Assembly (NCBI GenBank): GCA_042218325.1
Contig: JBDGRE010000013.1
Span: 13,630 to 77,629, forward strand
DNA: 64,000 bases
Direction of reading: 5' to 3'
DNA from: Candidatus Nanohaloarchaea archaeon
GTDB lineage: Archaea; Nanohalarchaeota; Nanosalinia; Nanosalinales; Nanosalinaceae
In this document: positions 1-8,861 of the stretch, piece by piece
Numbering within the stretch: position 1 is the first letter of the stretch
Layout of the letters: the number at the start of each line of letters is the position of its first letter
Made by a program: the position numbers and the translations under genes
Notes under the pieces: generated by a model
What the model was told of the DNA's origin: nothing
Database searches by the model: none
Seen by the model: the letters and a program-made list of their open reading frames with translations, nothing else

Positions 1-337
1 CGACCAATTCTCCCTCTCCCTCATAACTAACGACTGTATCGGTAACTGCCGATAGCGAGCTTGAAGGATCAGCACTTTCTTGATAAATACATATTACAGG
101 AACATCGTACATATCAGCCCAGCCAAGCTCTATGCCTAAACCAGTAGATGGCTCTGAAACCTCTCCTATCATTAGATCACATTCTTCTCGGAGAAAAGTC
201 TTGGAATCGAAGATTCCCTCCGAATCCTCGTGAGGAAAAACCAGATTGTGCTCCTCATACAACTTGCTATCCTTCAAAGGCTGGTAGAGACTGCTCTTGT
301 AGTCAATACTGCTGGAATGCCCGACATAAATCTCCAT
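1..337 (-). CDS. Nucleoside 2-deoxyribosyltransferase / DNPH1(RCL)-like N-hydrolase (3' end outside window; not in ORF track)
   Basis: Manual translation MEIYVGHSS...CDLMIGEVSEPSTGLGIELGWA..., matching the NDT/RCL D-x-x-x-x-E-V-x-x-P-S-x-G-x-G-x-E-L-G motif. Confidence 0.8.
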   Translation of the reverse strand, partial: MEIYVGHSSSIDYKSSLYQPLKDSKLYEEHNLVFPHEDSEGIFDSKTFLREECDLMIGEVSEPSTGLGIELGWADMYDVPVICIYQESADPSSSLSAVTDTVVSYEGEGELV

Positions 338-392
338 AGAAAAACACTTTAGAAACGAAATATTATAGGAATTTCTGAATAAAAACTGTGTT

Positions 393-995
393 ATGGCGGT
401 CGGAACTGTTGACGCAATAGTATTCTACAAAGCCAGAGAAGAAGACAAAGAGTTCTTCCAAGAACTCAAACAACAAGACAAAGAAAGACTGGCAGAACTT
501 GGTGTAGACCTGACCGACTACGGCGAACCCGGAATCTACACCGTCCTAATCGAGAGAGGAAAAACACCATACAAAGAAATGTTAGCCACAGCAGGAGGAC
601 ACATAGAAAACGGCGAAACACCTACAGAAGCGGCAATAAGAGAACTAAAAGAAGAAACAGGAATCCAGACAGAACATCTCGAAACAGTAACAGAAGCAAA
701 GGAAAACTTGGAACTTGTATTCGACCCAAGATACGATCCAGAAGACAAACTGCCCGAAGACGAGCCAGAAGAAATCTACCTGATCGATGGACTGGAAGAC
801 AGAGACGGAGAAGACTTCCACTACTACACCGCCGTATTTGACTACCAGCCAGAAAACCCTGACAGACGAAACTTCCAGCTAAAAGGAGAGACAGACGCCG
901 AAAAATCATTCTGGGTTCCATTACAGGAATTGCCGAAAATGGCTTTCACACAGCACAGAATCGTAGAATGGGGTAGAAAACAGTATGAAAGATAA
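393..995 (+). CDS. NUDIX hydrolase
   Basis: Nudix box GGHIENGETPTEAAIRELKEETG. Confidence 0.9.
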   Translation: MAVGTVDAIVFYKAREEDKEFFQELKQQDKERLAELGVDLTDYGEPGIYTVLIERGKTPYKEMLATAGGHIENGETPTEAAIRELKEETGIQTEHLETVTEAKENLELVFDPRYDPEDKLPEDEPEEIYLIDGLEDRDGEDFHYYTAVFDYQPENPDRRNFQLKGETDAEKSFWVPLQELPKMAFTQHRIVEWGRKQYER

Positions 996-1671
996 AGAGT
1001 ACAACGCAGTAATTTTCGATGTAGACGGCGTCATAGCCCAGACAACAGAAGACTGGGAATGGATGGACAAAGTATACCGACAACACTTTCCACAACCCGA
1101 TAAAAACGGCTACAGCGACTGGGAAGAATACCTACAGGCATACGGCAAAATATTCAGAACTCTACACACAGAAACCGAAGACGGAGTATTCGAGGAAGTA
1201 GGGCTGGAAAATGAACAGGTGCTCGAAGCGTATAGTCAGGTTCAGGATAAGAAGAACCGTATAATGAACCAGTTTTCAGTCTACTCTGACGCTGTAGAAC
1301 TATTGGAATACTTGAACGAAGAGGATTACACGGTAGCGGCTGTCAGCAACGCCAGAGAAGATAATGTCGAACTATTCTTGGAGCAAAACGATTTGCTGAA
1401 ATACTTTGACTATGTAACAGGAGTAAAGCTCGAAGACTTCAACAGTTTCAAACAGAGAAAGAAACCTAACCCTGCTATGCTTCAAGAAGCAATCCAAGAA
1501 CTCGACCTCAACCCAGAAACAACAGTAATGATAGGAGATTCCTCAACAGACCGAGACGCCACCCGAAAAATAGAACAACTCGACTACATCCATCTCAATA
1601 GAGGAGTGGAAGTAGATCCTGATGGAGAACAGACAATAGAAAACTTGAACGAACTCAAGGAGGTTCTCTAA
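985..1671 (+). CDS. HAD-superfamily phosphatase
   Basis: FDVDG motif I, SN motif II, KPNP and GDSSTD motifs. Confidence 0.9.
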   Translation: MKDKEYNAVIFDVDGVIAQTTEDWEWMDKVYRQHFPQPDKNGYSDWEEYLQAYGKIFRTLHTETEDGVFEEVGLENEQVLEAYSQVQDKKNRIMNQFSVYSDAVELLEYLNEEDYTVAAVSNAREDNVELFLEQNDLLKYFDYVTGVKLEDFNSFKQRKKPNPAMLQEAIQELDLNPETTVMIGDSSTDRDATRKIEQLDYIHLNRGVEVDPDGEQTIENLNELKEVL

Positions 1672-1674
1672 CCT

Positions 1675-2280
1675 ATGATGGTCAGCACCCATATTCTAAT
1701 CGGGGGACTAATAGGATACCTTTTCTCAACTGCCATCTCTGTAAATCCAGTTACTCTTGCTTTAGCAGGAATGTTAGGAGGTCTTATACCCGAACTTGAT
1801 TTTCTGATAGGACACCACAGGAAAACACTCCACTTCCCATACAGCTATTTCCTCCTGTCAATACCTGTTCTCATTCTGATCCCTTTCTTTCAGGCAGAAC
1901 TTTTGATATTGCTTGCTACCGTGTTAGTGTCGGCTGGCGTTCATTCGTTTATGGATATTTTCGCTGGAGCCGAACTCCGTTCTTGGGACGAATCCGAGTG
2001 GGAAGATACAGCAGTATATGACCATATCAGAGATAAGTGGATTCAACCCCAAAGAATAGCTTACGGAGGATCTATGAGAGACTTTCTGCTCTCAACTATC
2101 TGCTTTTTCTCGACTATCTACCTGATAAATGATCCAAAAATTCTCCTTATCGCAACTGGACTGATAGTTTTCTCTGTAGCCTATACTATGGGAATCAAGA
2201 AAGCATCAGACGAAATAATAGATGGAAAATATGCTACTCTGAATGGATTTATACGATCAAAATTGAAGGCTCTTCTATAA
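1675..2280 (+). CDS. Membrane-bound metal-dependent hydrolase (YdjM/DUF457-like)
   Basis: N-terminal TH, PELD, HRKTLH and HSFMD motifs; multiple TM helices. Confidence 0.8.
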   Translation: MMVSTHILIGGLIGYLFSTAISVNPVTLALAGMLGGLIPELDFLIGHHRKTLHFPYSYFLLSIPVLILIPFFQAELLILLATVLVSAGVHSFMDIFAGAELRSWDESEWEDTAVYDHIRDKWIQPQRIAYGGSMRDFLLSTICFFSTIYLINDPKILLIATGLIVFSVAYTMGIKKASDEIIDGKYATLNGFIRSKLKALL

Positions 2281-2331
2281 TCTTTCAGAACTGCCGTGCC
2301 GCTCTTTTAAGCGGCTAAAAAATATATTTTC

Positions 2332-3381
2332 TTGAAGATGACCGCTGACGACCTTCACGAGCTTGTCGACTACTACGAGGAACAGGAGAAGTACCAGCCA
2401 ATCACTGTTTACCTTCACGGGTTTGTGAATCACTACAAGGGTGACCTGTCCAAAGGGAGTATTGTACAGTATCTGCGGTACTTGGCCTACCTTGACTTCG
2501 ATCCTCTGGACGAGAATCCCGAACCAGAAGATGTCAAGATCGAAGATTTTCACCTTGACAGGCTACAGGAATGGACAAGAGCCAAAGCCCGGAAACGGTT
2601 CGGAGAGTCAGGCGAGAAACTCAACTCCCGTAATAGGTTTGCGTATATGACATATTTGGCCTTGAAAAAATACTTGAAAATGGCAGATCCCTCGCTGTTG
2701 CCATACCTTCCAGACTCCGAACAGTTCGAGAAACCCTACAGTCAACCAAAGACGATATACTACAGCGAGACACAGATCCAAGACCTGATGATGGCGTCAG
2801 AGAACCGAAAGGTCTTCCTATCTATAGCCCTAATGTACTACGCAGGACTCCGTAGTTACGAGCTACTTCACTTGACACCAGAATGGCTGGAGTTCAAAAC
2901 TGATAGGATTGAGATAGAAATACCGCCGAAGTATGCCAAAGGTCAGAAAAATAACCAGACCTCTGAAATCACTTTCCTCAAGAAAATCTATGGAGAAGAC
3001 CTCAAGCAACACATTAAGGATCAACATAACTATGACGGAGACTATCACCAACTGGTGTCACAGTTGGTGGATCAGGAGAGCTTCCAGCCCGTCTTCAACT
3101 ACAAGGAAAACTCCCAGAAATCCTACAGGGAACTGATGAAGGAGAGATACGAACTGAACCAGAAGTTGAAAGAAACCGCCAAGAAAGCAGGATTCAACAA
3201 AGCCGAGAAAATATCCAGCCATAAACTACGCAGATCATTCATTCGGAAAGTCTATGATTCAACCAAGGATCTTTCCCGAACGGCACAGGTAGCCAGACAC
3301 AAAAGTCCTGAAACCACACAGCAATATCTACATCTGGATAAAGAAGAGCAATTAGAGACCTACCAAGAAGCATTTCTCTGA
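2332..3381 (+). CDS. Tyrosine recombinase/integrase
   Basis: AGLRSYE (R), HKLRR (H-x-x-R), ARH...TTQQY (H, Y). Confidence 0.92.
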   Translation: MKMTADDLHELVDYYEEQEKYQPITVYLHGFVNHYKGDLSKGSIVQYLRYLAYLDFDPLDENPEPEDVKIEDFHLDRLQEWTRAKARKRFGESGEKLNSRNRFAYMTYLALKKYLKMADPSLLPYLPDSEQFEKPYSQPKTIYYSETQIQDLMMASENRKVFLSIALMYYAGLRSYELLHLTPEWLEFKTDRIEIEIPPKYAKGQKNNQTSEITFLKKIYGEDLKQHIKDQHNYDGDYHQLVSQLVDQESFQPVFNYKENSQKSYRELMKERYELNQKLKETAKKAGFNKAEKISSHKLRRSFIRKVYDSTKDLSRTAQVARHKSPETTQQYLHLDKEEQLETYQEAFL

Positions 3382-3655
3382 AACTATATCGGTGTGAAAT
3401 CCACAATATTCCTATATACAACGTAGGAAGTAGAGTCAAATAACGCTGATATTATGAGTCGGAAACCGAGTGGTCTAATATAAGTCATAATTGAAAAACT
3501 AAACAACGCTGATGACTCTTTCTACCTGAAAAAATATACGAAGAAGTTCTATAGTCATTATTTTAGGCTAAATGACTGATTAAAGTAGAAAATCCAAATC
3601 AGACAAGACAGAGGATTTCTCTAAATTATCTCTTCGACCCCCAGTTGAAAGTGAA

Positions 3656-3807
3656 AGCCCCGAGAGGGATTTGAACCCTCGACCTGCCCCTTGCTTGCGA
3701 CCAGTTATATTCCCGAAAGCCATGTAAAGCATGGCTTAAAGCGCGCCGCACGGCGCTTTGGCTGGCGGTACAAGGGGGCCGCTCTAGCCAGACTGAGCCA
3801 TCGAGGC
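3656..3807 (-). tRNA. tRNA-Thr(UGU) with 77-nt intron at 37/38 (intron 3692-3768)
   Basis: Cloverleaf GCCTCGA/TCGGGGC, GCCCC-CT-TGT-A|intron|A-GGGGC, GGTTCAAATCC; BHB central helix CTTG/CAAG. Confidence 0.93.
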
Positions 3808-3863
3808 ACTGTTTTCGTGGTCGCGGAGAATAGTTAAATAACTGGAGCCTCCTCTCACCGTTC

Positions 3864-4829
3864 ATGCGGGAAGACCTTCATGTAACGTCAGACCTCTCGG
3901 ATATAACGCCGGGGAAGATGAAAGGTTCTCGCGTCGCGGTCGGTTTCCGGCCCTCGGGAGAACTACACGTCGGCAACCTGCTTTCCATCGCCTACGCGGC
4001 GGTTATAGCTTCCGAGCTGGACCTGGAGCTCGACCTGATGTGCTGTGATACGGACTGGAGCGCGCATATCCACGAGCAGCATATGCCCGGAGAGAGCGAT
4101 GTCATGCGTCTGTTTTTCATGCGCGATTGCCCGTGCAACAGGCATGATGACATCGCGGAGCACCGTGTTGAGGAAATCGAGCCGTTTCTCCGCGGCCTGG
4201 AGCGGGAAACCAGCGGGGATGCGACTCCCGGCTACCTGTCAGACTTGCGCGGCGATGAGGGTTACAACAGGGCTCTCAGAGAGGTCTTGGAGAACATGGA
4301 ACAGTTTGACAGGGTGTTCGGCGGCGGTTTCCGCAGGCGATACGTTTCCCCGGTCGTACCTGTCTGCGACGGCTGCGGCAACAGCCACGCGAAGGGCGCC
4401 GCGTACTCCCATGAATCAAGGGAACTGGTCGCGGCGTGCCGGAACCCGGACTGCCATAGGGCGTTCATAAGAGGGAGCTTAGAGGATGAGATAGGGGTTT
4501 ACTACTTGGTCGACCCGGTAAGGGATGTGTCACGCGACGTGGCTGTCCATGTTTTCGGCGGCGATTACCGGGTCGCGGAGAAAGAGCAGAAGACCTCGAA
4601 GGTCGCGAAGGTGGCGAAGTTAACAGAGCTGGCCACGGGTGAAACGCCGGCCTACTTCCTCGCCCCCATGACATCGGACAGCGAGGGCAAGCCTCTATCG
4701 AAGTCGAAGGGAACAGGCAGGACGGTCTCGGATATCGAAAATCTCGAAGGTTACGGCCGCGAGCTCGCGGAAAAGGTCTTGGGCTGGCTGGAAGAGGAAA
4801 AGAAACACGTCCAGCAGTCAAATATCTAA
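3864..4829 (+). CDS. Class I aminoacyl-tRNA synthetase catalytic-domain paralog (LysRS-I-like), no anticodon-binding domain
   Basis: PSGELHVGN (HIGH), KPLSKSKG (KMSKS), CxxC...CxxxxC Zn knuckle; ends about 40 aa after KMSKS. Confidence 0.7.
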   Translation: MREDLHVTSDLSDITPGKMKGSRVAVGFRPSGELHVGNLLSIAYAAVIASELDLELDLMCCDTDWSAHIHEQHMPGESDVMRLFFMRDCPCNRHDDIAEHRVEEIEPFLRGLERETSGDATPGYLSDLRGDEGYNRALREVLENMEQFDRVFGGGFRRRYVSPVVPVCDGCGNSHAKGAAYSHESRELVAACRNPDCHRAFIRGSLEDEIGVYYLVDPVRDVSRDVAVHVFGGDYRVAEKEQKTSKVAKVAKLTELATGETPAYFLAPMTSDSEGKPLSKSKGTGRTVSDIENLEGYGRELAEKVLGWLEEEKKHVQQSNI

Positions 4830-5137
4830 GTTAAATCGACATCGGCGTCGTCGATGTCTGCGTCTGGCCCACGGTCCTTGATCTCTCGCTTGGCCGCGTC
4901 CTTGATGCGCTTGACGTTGTTGCTGCGCCCGCATTCCGGGCATTCGATCCACCACGGCCGTGAACCCAGCTCCTCGCTGCGTTCGAACTCGTGGCCGCAG
5001 TACGGGCATTCCATGTGGTAGTGGAAAGTCTCGTTGTCGTACGAGAACATCTTGATACGTCCGGTCTCTTCGCCTTCGTCGTTCTCCAGCTTCCTGTTCG
5101 TGACGTACTCCGCCCGCTCGTAGTCTATTTCTTTCAT
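4826..5137 (-). CDS. Zn-ribbon protein
   Basis: CPYCG...CPECG. Confidence 0.75.
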   Translation of the reverse strand: MKEIDYERAEYVTNRKLENDEGEETGRIKMFSYDNETFHYHMECPYCGHEFERSEELGSRPWWIECPECGRSNNVKRIKDAAKREIKDRGPDADIDDADVDLT

Positions 5138-5178
5138 CCTATCAACACTTCCCCCAGGTTAGTTTTAAGTTTTTCATC

Positions 5179-5658
5179 TCAGTCCATCATCTCCCGGTAG
5201 ACTGTATCTACCTCATCGCTATCCAGTTCTACCTCGATCTTCTCCGTACTTTCCGAGTCGAACAGCGCTTTATCGATCCCGAGCTCCTCACGCGGCCCGG
5301 AGAACTTCAGGTGCTTGATGTCCGGGTTGTATCTCTTCAGGTTCCGGTAGTCCCATTCCCGTGATGTATCCAGCACCCGGAGGTCGTAACCCATGACTGT
5401 CGCGAGGAACGCCCGGACCGCGTCCTCTCGCGACTCTATACGGGCGTAGGCCTGCTCCCCGACCGGTTTACCTCCGAGTCCGTCTTTCTCCTTGCCTTCG
5501 ACTGTGAAGCTCTCTATACCGGGTGTACGTAACAGGACGTCTGCATCCTCCACTTCCACCACTATCATCTCTTCTTTTACTTCGACTTCCTCGACCCGTT
5601 TCTCCAGGTTCTCGGCGAGTTGCTTTTTCTGCTTTACAGGTTTTATCTCGGCTCTCAT
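5179..5658 (-). CDS. Hypothetical protein
   Basis: Acidic ORF with core-like codon usage. Confidence 0.7.
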   Translation of the reverse strand: MRAEIKPVKQKKQLAENLEKRVEEVEVKEEMIVVEVEDADVLLRTPGIESFTVEGKEKDGLGGKPVGEQAYARIESREDAVRAFLATVMGYDLRVLDTSREWDYRNLKRYNPDIKHLKFSGPREELGIDKALFDSESTEKIEVELDSDEVDTVYREMMD

Positions 5659-5713
5659 GTTTTGTTACCTGTCCGCAAAAGCTTTTATGTGAGGCAACCG
5701 AAGCTCTATCCAG

Positions 5714-6112
5714 ATGAAACTGTTCGACAAGATATCTGACGAGGGCGAGGAGGTAGAGATAGACTCCTCGGCGGCAGTGGAGGAGGAAACCGCGGAAGTA
5801 GAGGAGAGCCGCCTGAAGAACCAGGTGGAGGACGAGATAGTCGACGGGAGCACAGGTTCCGGGAGCGCCAGCGATACTTCCTCAGGTCTGCCGGGCATGG
5901 GTTCTTCAAGTACCGGTGACTCAGGGTCGACAGGCTCCAGTTCTTCGACCACATCAGGTTCCTCGCTACCCGGTATGAGCTCTTCAGATTCGACCTCGTC
6001 GAGGACGGGCGACCGCGATATCGATATCGAAGACGTACACAGCCAGAACGAAAAGATAATATCGCTTCTTGAGGATATAAGGTCAGAGGTGAGAGATGAT
6101 GGGGTACTATGA
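5714..6112 (+). CDS. Acidic Ser/Gly-rich low-complexity protein with C-terminal helix
   Basis: ORF track; C-terminal QNEKIISLLE motif. Confidence 0.7.
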   Translation: MKLFDKISDEGEEVEIDSSAAVEEETAEVEESRLKNQVEDEIVDGSTGSGSASDTSSGLPGMGSSSTGDSGSTGSSSSTTSGSSLPGMSSSDSTSSRTGDRDIDIEDVHSQNEKIISLLEDIRSEVRDDGVL

Positions 6113-6590
6113 CAACGTCAAGGACTCGGTGGAGGACCAGGACTCCCGCGACAGGGCCAACTTCGAGTCGCTGAGGAAAGCCGCGGAAGAAACCTCTGAA
6201 GAAGAACAGGAGGGTGACGACACTAGTATCGAGGTCCTTGAGGAAGGTATCTCCCGGGAAGCTCCGGGGAAGACGCAGAAAGAGAAAAGGAAAGAACAGG
6301 AAGGCCAGGGTGATAAAGAGCAGGCCTCCGCAGCATCGGGTTCGCAGGACCTGATGCCCTCTTCTGGTTCGACAGGAAGTTCCGGTGGAGCCTCTTCTGG
6401 TAAAACGGCTGCCGGTAGCGGTTCCAGCCCCGGTGGATCCCTGGGCGGCACGTCGCTGGGACAGGATCCGGGCCACCAGGAGGGTTCAGGCTCGAGCGGA
6501 GAAGAACTTTCCTCGGTAGAGGAGAAGCTCGACAGGATAATCGAGCAGAACGACCGTATGATACGCATCCTCGAGAGCTTCGGTAGCTAG
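6096..6590 (+). CDS. Acidic Ser/Gly-rich low-complexity protein with C-terminal helix
   Basis: GAGGTGA RBS upstream; C-terminal QNDRMIRILE motif. Confidence 0.7.
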   Translation: MMGYYDNVKDSVEDQDSRDRANFESLRKAAEETSEEEQEGDDTSIEVLEEGISREAPGKTQKEKRKEQEGQGDKEQASAASGSQDLMPSSGSTGSSGGASSGKTAAGSGSSPGGSLGGTSLGQDPGHQEGSGSSGEELSSVEEKLDRIIEQNDRMIRILESFGS

Positions 6591-6632
6591 TTCTCTACCC
6601 GTTGATACAAGGAGCTGGAAGCTTCTGTTATC

Positions 6633-6908
6633 TTAAACTACCTTGACAGGTATCTTCCTGCGTCCTTCTTCCGTGCTCTCCATCTCTTCGATGAGCTTGA
6701 TGTCGAGCTCCAGCTGCTTGCGGCTGCCTGACTCGAAGAACTCCATCTCGAGCTGGTTGTCCTTGTTGGGCTCGATTTCCACCTCTTCACGGCCCTTGAA
6801 GCTGAGGCCGACTTCGCCCTCTCGAAGTTTATCGGCGAAGTTTTCCAGGAAGTTGGCGAGCTCATCATTGGAGAACTCGAAATCGAGTTCAAGTTCCTCT
6901 GTTGACAT
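6633..6908 (-). CDS. Amphi-Trp-domain-like small protein
   Basis: ELANFLENFADKLREGEV...LELDIKL pattern. Confidence 0.55.
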   Translation of the reverse strand: MSTEELELDFEFSNDELANFLENFADKLREGEVGLSFKGREEVEIEPNKDNQLEMEFFESGSRKQLELDIKLIEEMESTEEGRRKIPVKVV

Positions 6909-6944
6909 ATTATCTTTCTCCGGCGGTCACTGTTTTATTTTTTG

Positions 6945-7214
6945 TTACTCCTCTTCGGTTTCTCCGTTTTTCTCGAGCTTCCGGGCGAGGAAGTGGTCCT
7001 TCTCCTCGAGTTCACGTATGGATTCGACGGCGAACAGGTAACCGGTCCCTATCATCAGCAGGCCGAGGGTCGCCGGCGCCATGTCGACTATGCCGACAAG
7101 CGGCAGCATGTTGGCTATCACGAGAAGCGAGCCGAGCGTGAAAAGCGTGAAAGAGGCCGCGACTTCCTGGTTTGTGCTCAGTTTTTTAAGTCCGAACCGG
7201 TCTGTTTCCGTCAT
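6945..7214 (-). CDS. Small two-TM membrane protein
   Basis: Two hydrophobic segments; start overlaps the oapC stop. Confidence 0.7.
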   Translation of the reverse strand: MTETDRFGLKKLSTNQEVAASFTLFTLGSLLVIANMLPLVGIVDMAPATLGLLMIGTGYLFAVESIRELEEKDHFLARKLEKNGETEEE

Positions 7215-7594
7215 TCTAGCTCCTCCGTTTCCAGCTTCGCGTCTTCAGGGTTGAAGGCCGACGGAAGCTGTATGTAGTAGTTGCCCTCCTCCCGCCTTAT
7301 AACTAATGGTATCTCCTTGAGCAGACGGGAAACGTTTATCTGGTAGACGCCTTCCTCCTGTATGCTTATGGAGTCCAGGTCGAACTCGAACTTGATGTTC
7401 TCTCTTTCCTCGACGCCCTCGCGGGCCATCTCCTGTATCTCCTCGGTGACCTCCTCCCGTTCTTCCTCGGACATCTCCCGGGCCCCGGCCTCCTGCTCGT
7501 ACATGAAAAGCGAGGAACCGCACTCGCAGCCGTCGATAAGCTCGTCGCTCCCGTCGTCGTACATCTTGCCGCAGTTCATACATCTATGGGGCAT
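7211..7594 (-). CDS. oapC: Zn-ribbon origin-associated protein (DUF2072)
   Basis: MPHRCMNCG...GCECGS; synteny after GTPase and DUF2073. Confidence 0.85.
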   Translation of the reverse strand: MPHRCMNCGKMYDDGSDELIDGCECGSSLFMYEQEAGAREMSEEEREEVTEEIQEMAREGVEERENIKFEFDLDSISIQEEGVYQINVSRLLKEIPLVIRREEGNYYIQLPSAFNPEDAKLETEELE

Positions 7595-7596
7595 TC

Positions 7597-7735
7597 AAAG
7601 ACCACCTCCGCGGTCTTTTGCAAGAAGCAAATTTCTGATTTGCGTCATCAGGCTGCACCTCGTGCTGTCTGATTAAGGAAATCTTGTATTCGAAGATTCG
7701 CCTGAATCTTCTGCAAGAAAATTCCTTGAATTTTC
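7597..7735. repeat. Cluster of palindromic hairpins between oapB and oapC
   Basis: AAAGACC/GGTCTTT, GCAAAT/ATTTGC, GAAGATTC/GAATCTTC, GAAAATTC/GAATTTTC. Confidence 0.8.
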
Positions 7736-7746
7736 ATTTTCGTTAC

Positions 7747-8136
7747 CTAGTTCTCTTCTTCCATCTTGGCCAGGAACGAGACGGTGTCCGGCTCTTCCTT
7801 GATTTTCTCCATCACGCGCGAGTTTCCCACTATCGTGAGGCCGCGCCGGTATCTCTCGTTCAGGAACCGGTCGTAGAACATGCTCTTCATCTTCTCGATG
7901 CGGGAGGCCTGTGCGTCGAAACCCATGAACTCCACGCCGGGGAAGTCCTCGTCGGCCTCCTCGACAGAGCTCTCGATAAGCTGGCGCTTTTCCTCCGGGG
8001 TCCAGGCTTCCTCCAGGACCAGGACGGCGTTCTCCTTGACCTTCTCGAGGACGAATTCCAGCTTGTCGTTGAACTCCTCCTCATCTGACAGCCTCTCCTT
8101 CGAGAGGAACTCTATAGTAACGCCGTCCTCGGACAT
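7747..8136 (-). CDS. oapB: DUF2073 origin-associated protein
   Basis: VLVLEEAWTPEE...LIE...GLTIVG pattern; synteny. Confidence 0.85.
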   Translation of the reverse strand: MSEDGVTIEFLSKERLSDEEEFNDKLEFVLEKVKENAVLVLEEAWTPEEKRQLIESSVEEADEDFPGVEFMGFDAQASRIEKMKSMFYDRFLNERYRRGLTIVGNSRVMEKIKEEPDTVSFLAKMEEEN

Positions 8137-8763
8137 CTAACTCAACCTTTCGACTATTTCCTCATAAAGTTTGTCTATATTGTCTCCCTCCTTTGCCGAG
8201 ATCTCTATCACAGGGTGCTGCGGGAACGCGTCGCGTACACGCTGAGGGTCAGCCTCGTCCAGGTCGATCTTGTTCGCCACCACGAGGATGGGTATGTCCT
8301 TTGCCTCGAGGTTGCCGATGATGGTCACGTTTACCTGCGTGTACGGGTCCTCCGTCGCGTCGAATATCACAAGGCACGCGTCGACGTTGTCGAGGTACTT
8401 GATGGCCTCCACGATTCCCTTCGTGGCTTCTTTCGCGCGGCCCTTCGCCTCTTCCTCCTCCAGGCCGTGCTCGGTGAAGTCCTTGAAGTCGACGTTGGTG
8501 GAGATACCGGGCATGTCAAGCAGGTTCATCTCGATGCTCTGGCCGTCGGCCTCTATCGCGACCTTCTCCTTTTTCTCGACCGCCCGGGTCTCGTGCGGGA
8601 CTTCCGATACGTTGCTCATCTCGTCACCCGTCAGGTCGAGCGATATCTGGTTCGCCAGCGTGGATTTCCCTGCGTTGGGCGGTCCGTAGATACCTATCGA
8701 TATGTCGTCCTTTTCCGAGCTGCTGAAGAAGCTGTTCAGGAGTTCCCTTAGCCTCTCTATCAT
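8137..8763 (-). CDS. oapA: Era-like small GTP-binding protein
   Basis: GPPNAGKS, VPHETR, DMPG, NKID, SAK. Confidence 0.9.
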   Translation of the reverse strand: MIERLRELLNSFFSSSEKDDISIGIYGPPNAGKSTLANQISLDLTGDEMSNVSEVPHETRAVEKKEKVAIEADGQSIEMNLLDMPGISTNVDFKDFTEHGLEEEEAKGRAKEATKGIVEAIKYLDNVDACLVIFDATEDPYTQVNVTIIGNLEAKDIPILVVANKIDLDEADPQRVRDAFPQHPVIEISAKEGDNIDKLYEEIVERLS

Positions 8764-8861
8764 TTTGACACCGGTTAATGATAAATCCGGCTCTTAAGTA
8801 TAAAAACTATGCCCCTGTCGGCCCCGCGAGAATAAAAAATACGGAGCACAAAAGCCGGGAT

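Larger units (their letters stand above)
1..3656. mobile_element. Right end of an integrative element or island abutting the 3' end of tRNA-Thr (continues left of the window)
   Basis: Lower GC than the core; tyrosine integrase lies next to the tRNA 3' end; second att site not in window. Confidence 0.75.

Noticed and set aside
148-339. 63-aa plus-strand ORF
   Set aside because: Antisense to the NDT/DNPH1-like gene on the minus strand
7211-8763. oapABC as marking a replication origin here
   Set aside because: No ORB-like elements or adjacent cdc6; upstream is a short spacer to a NUDIX gene
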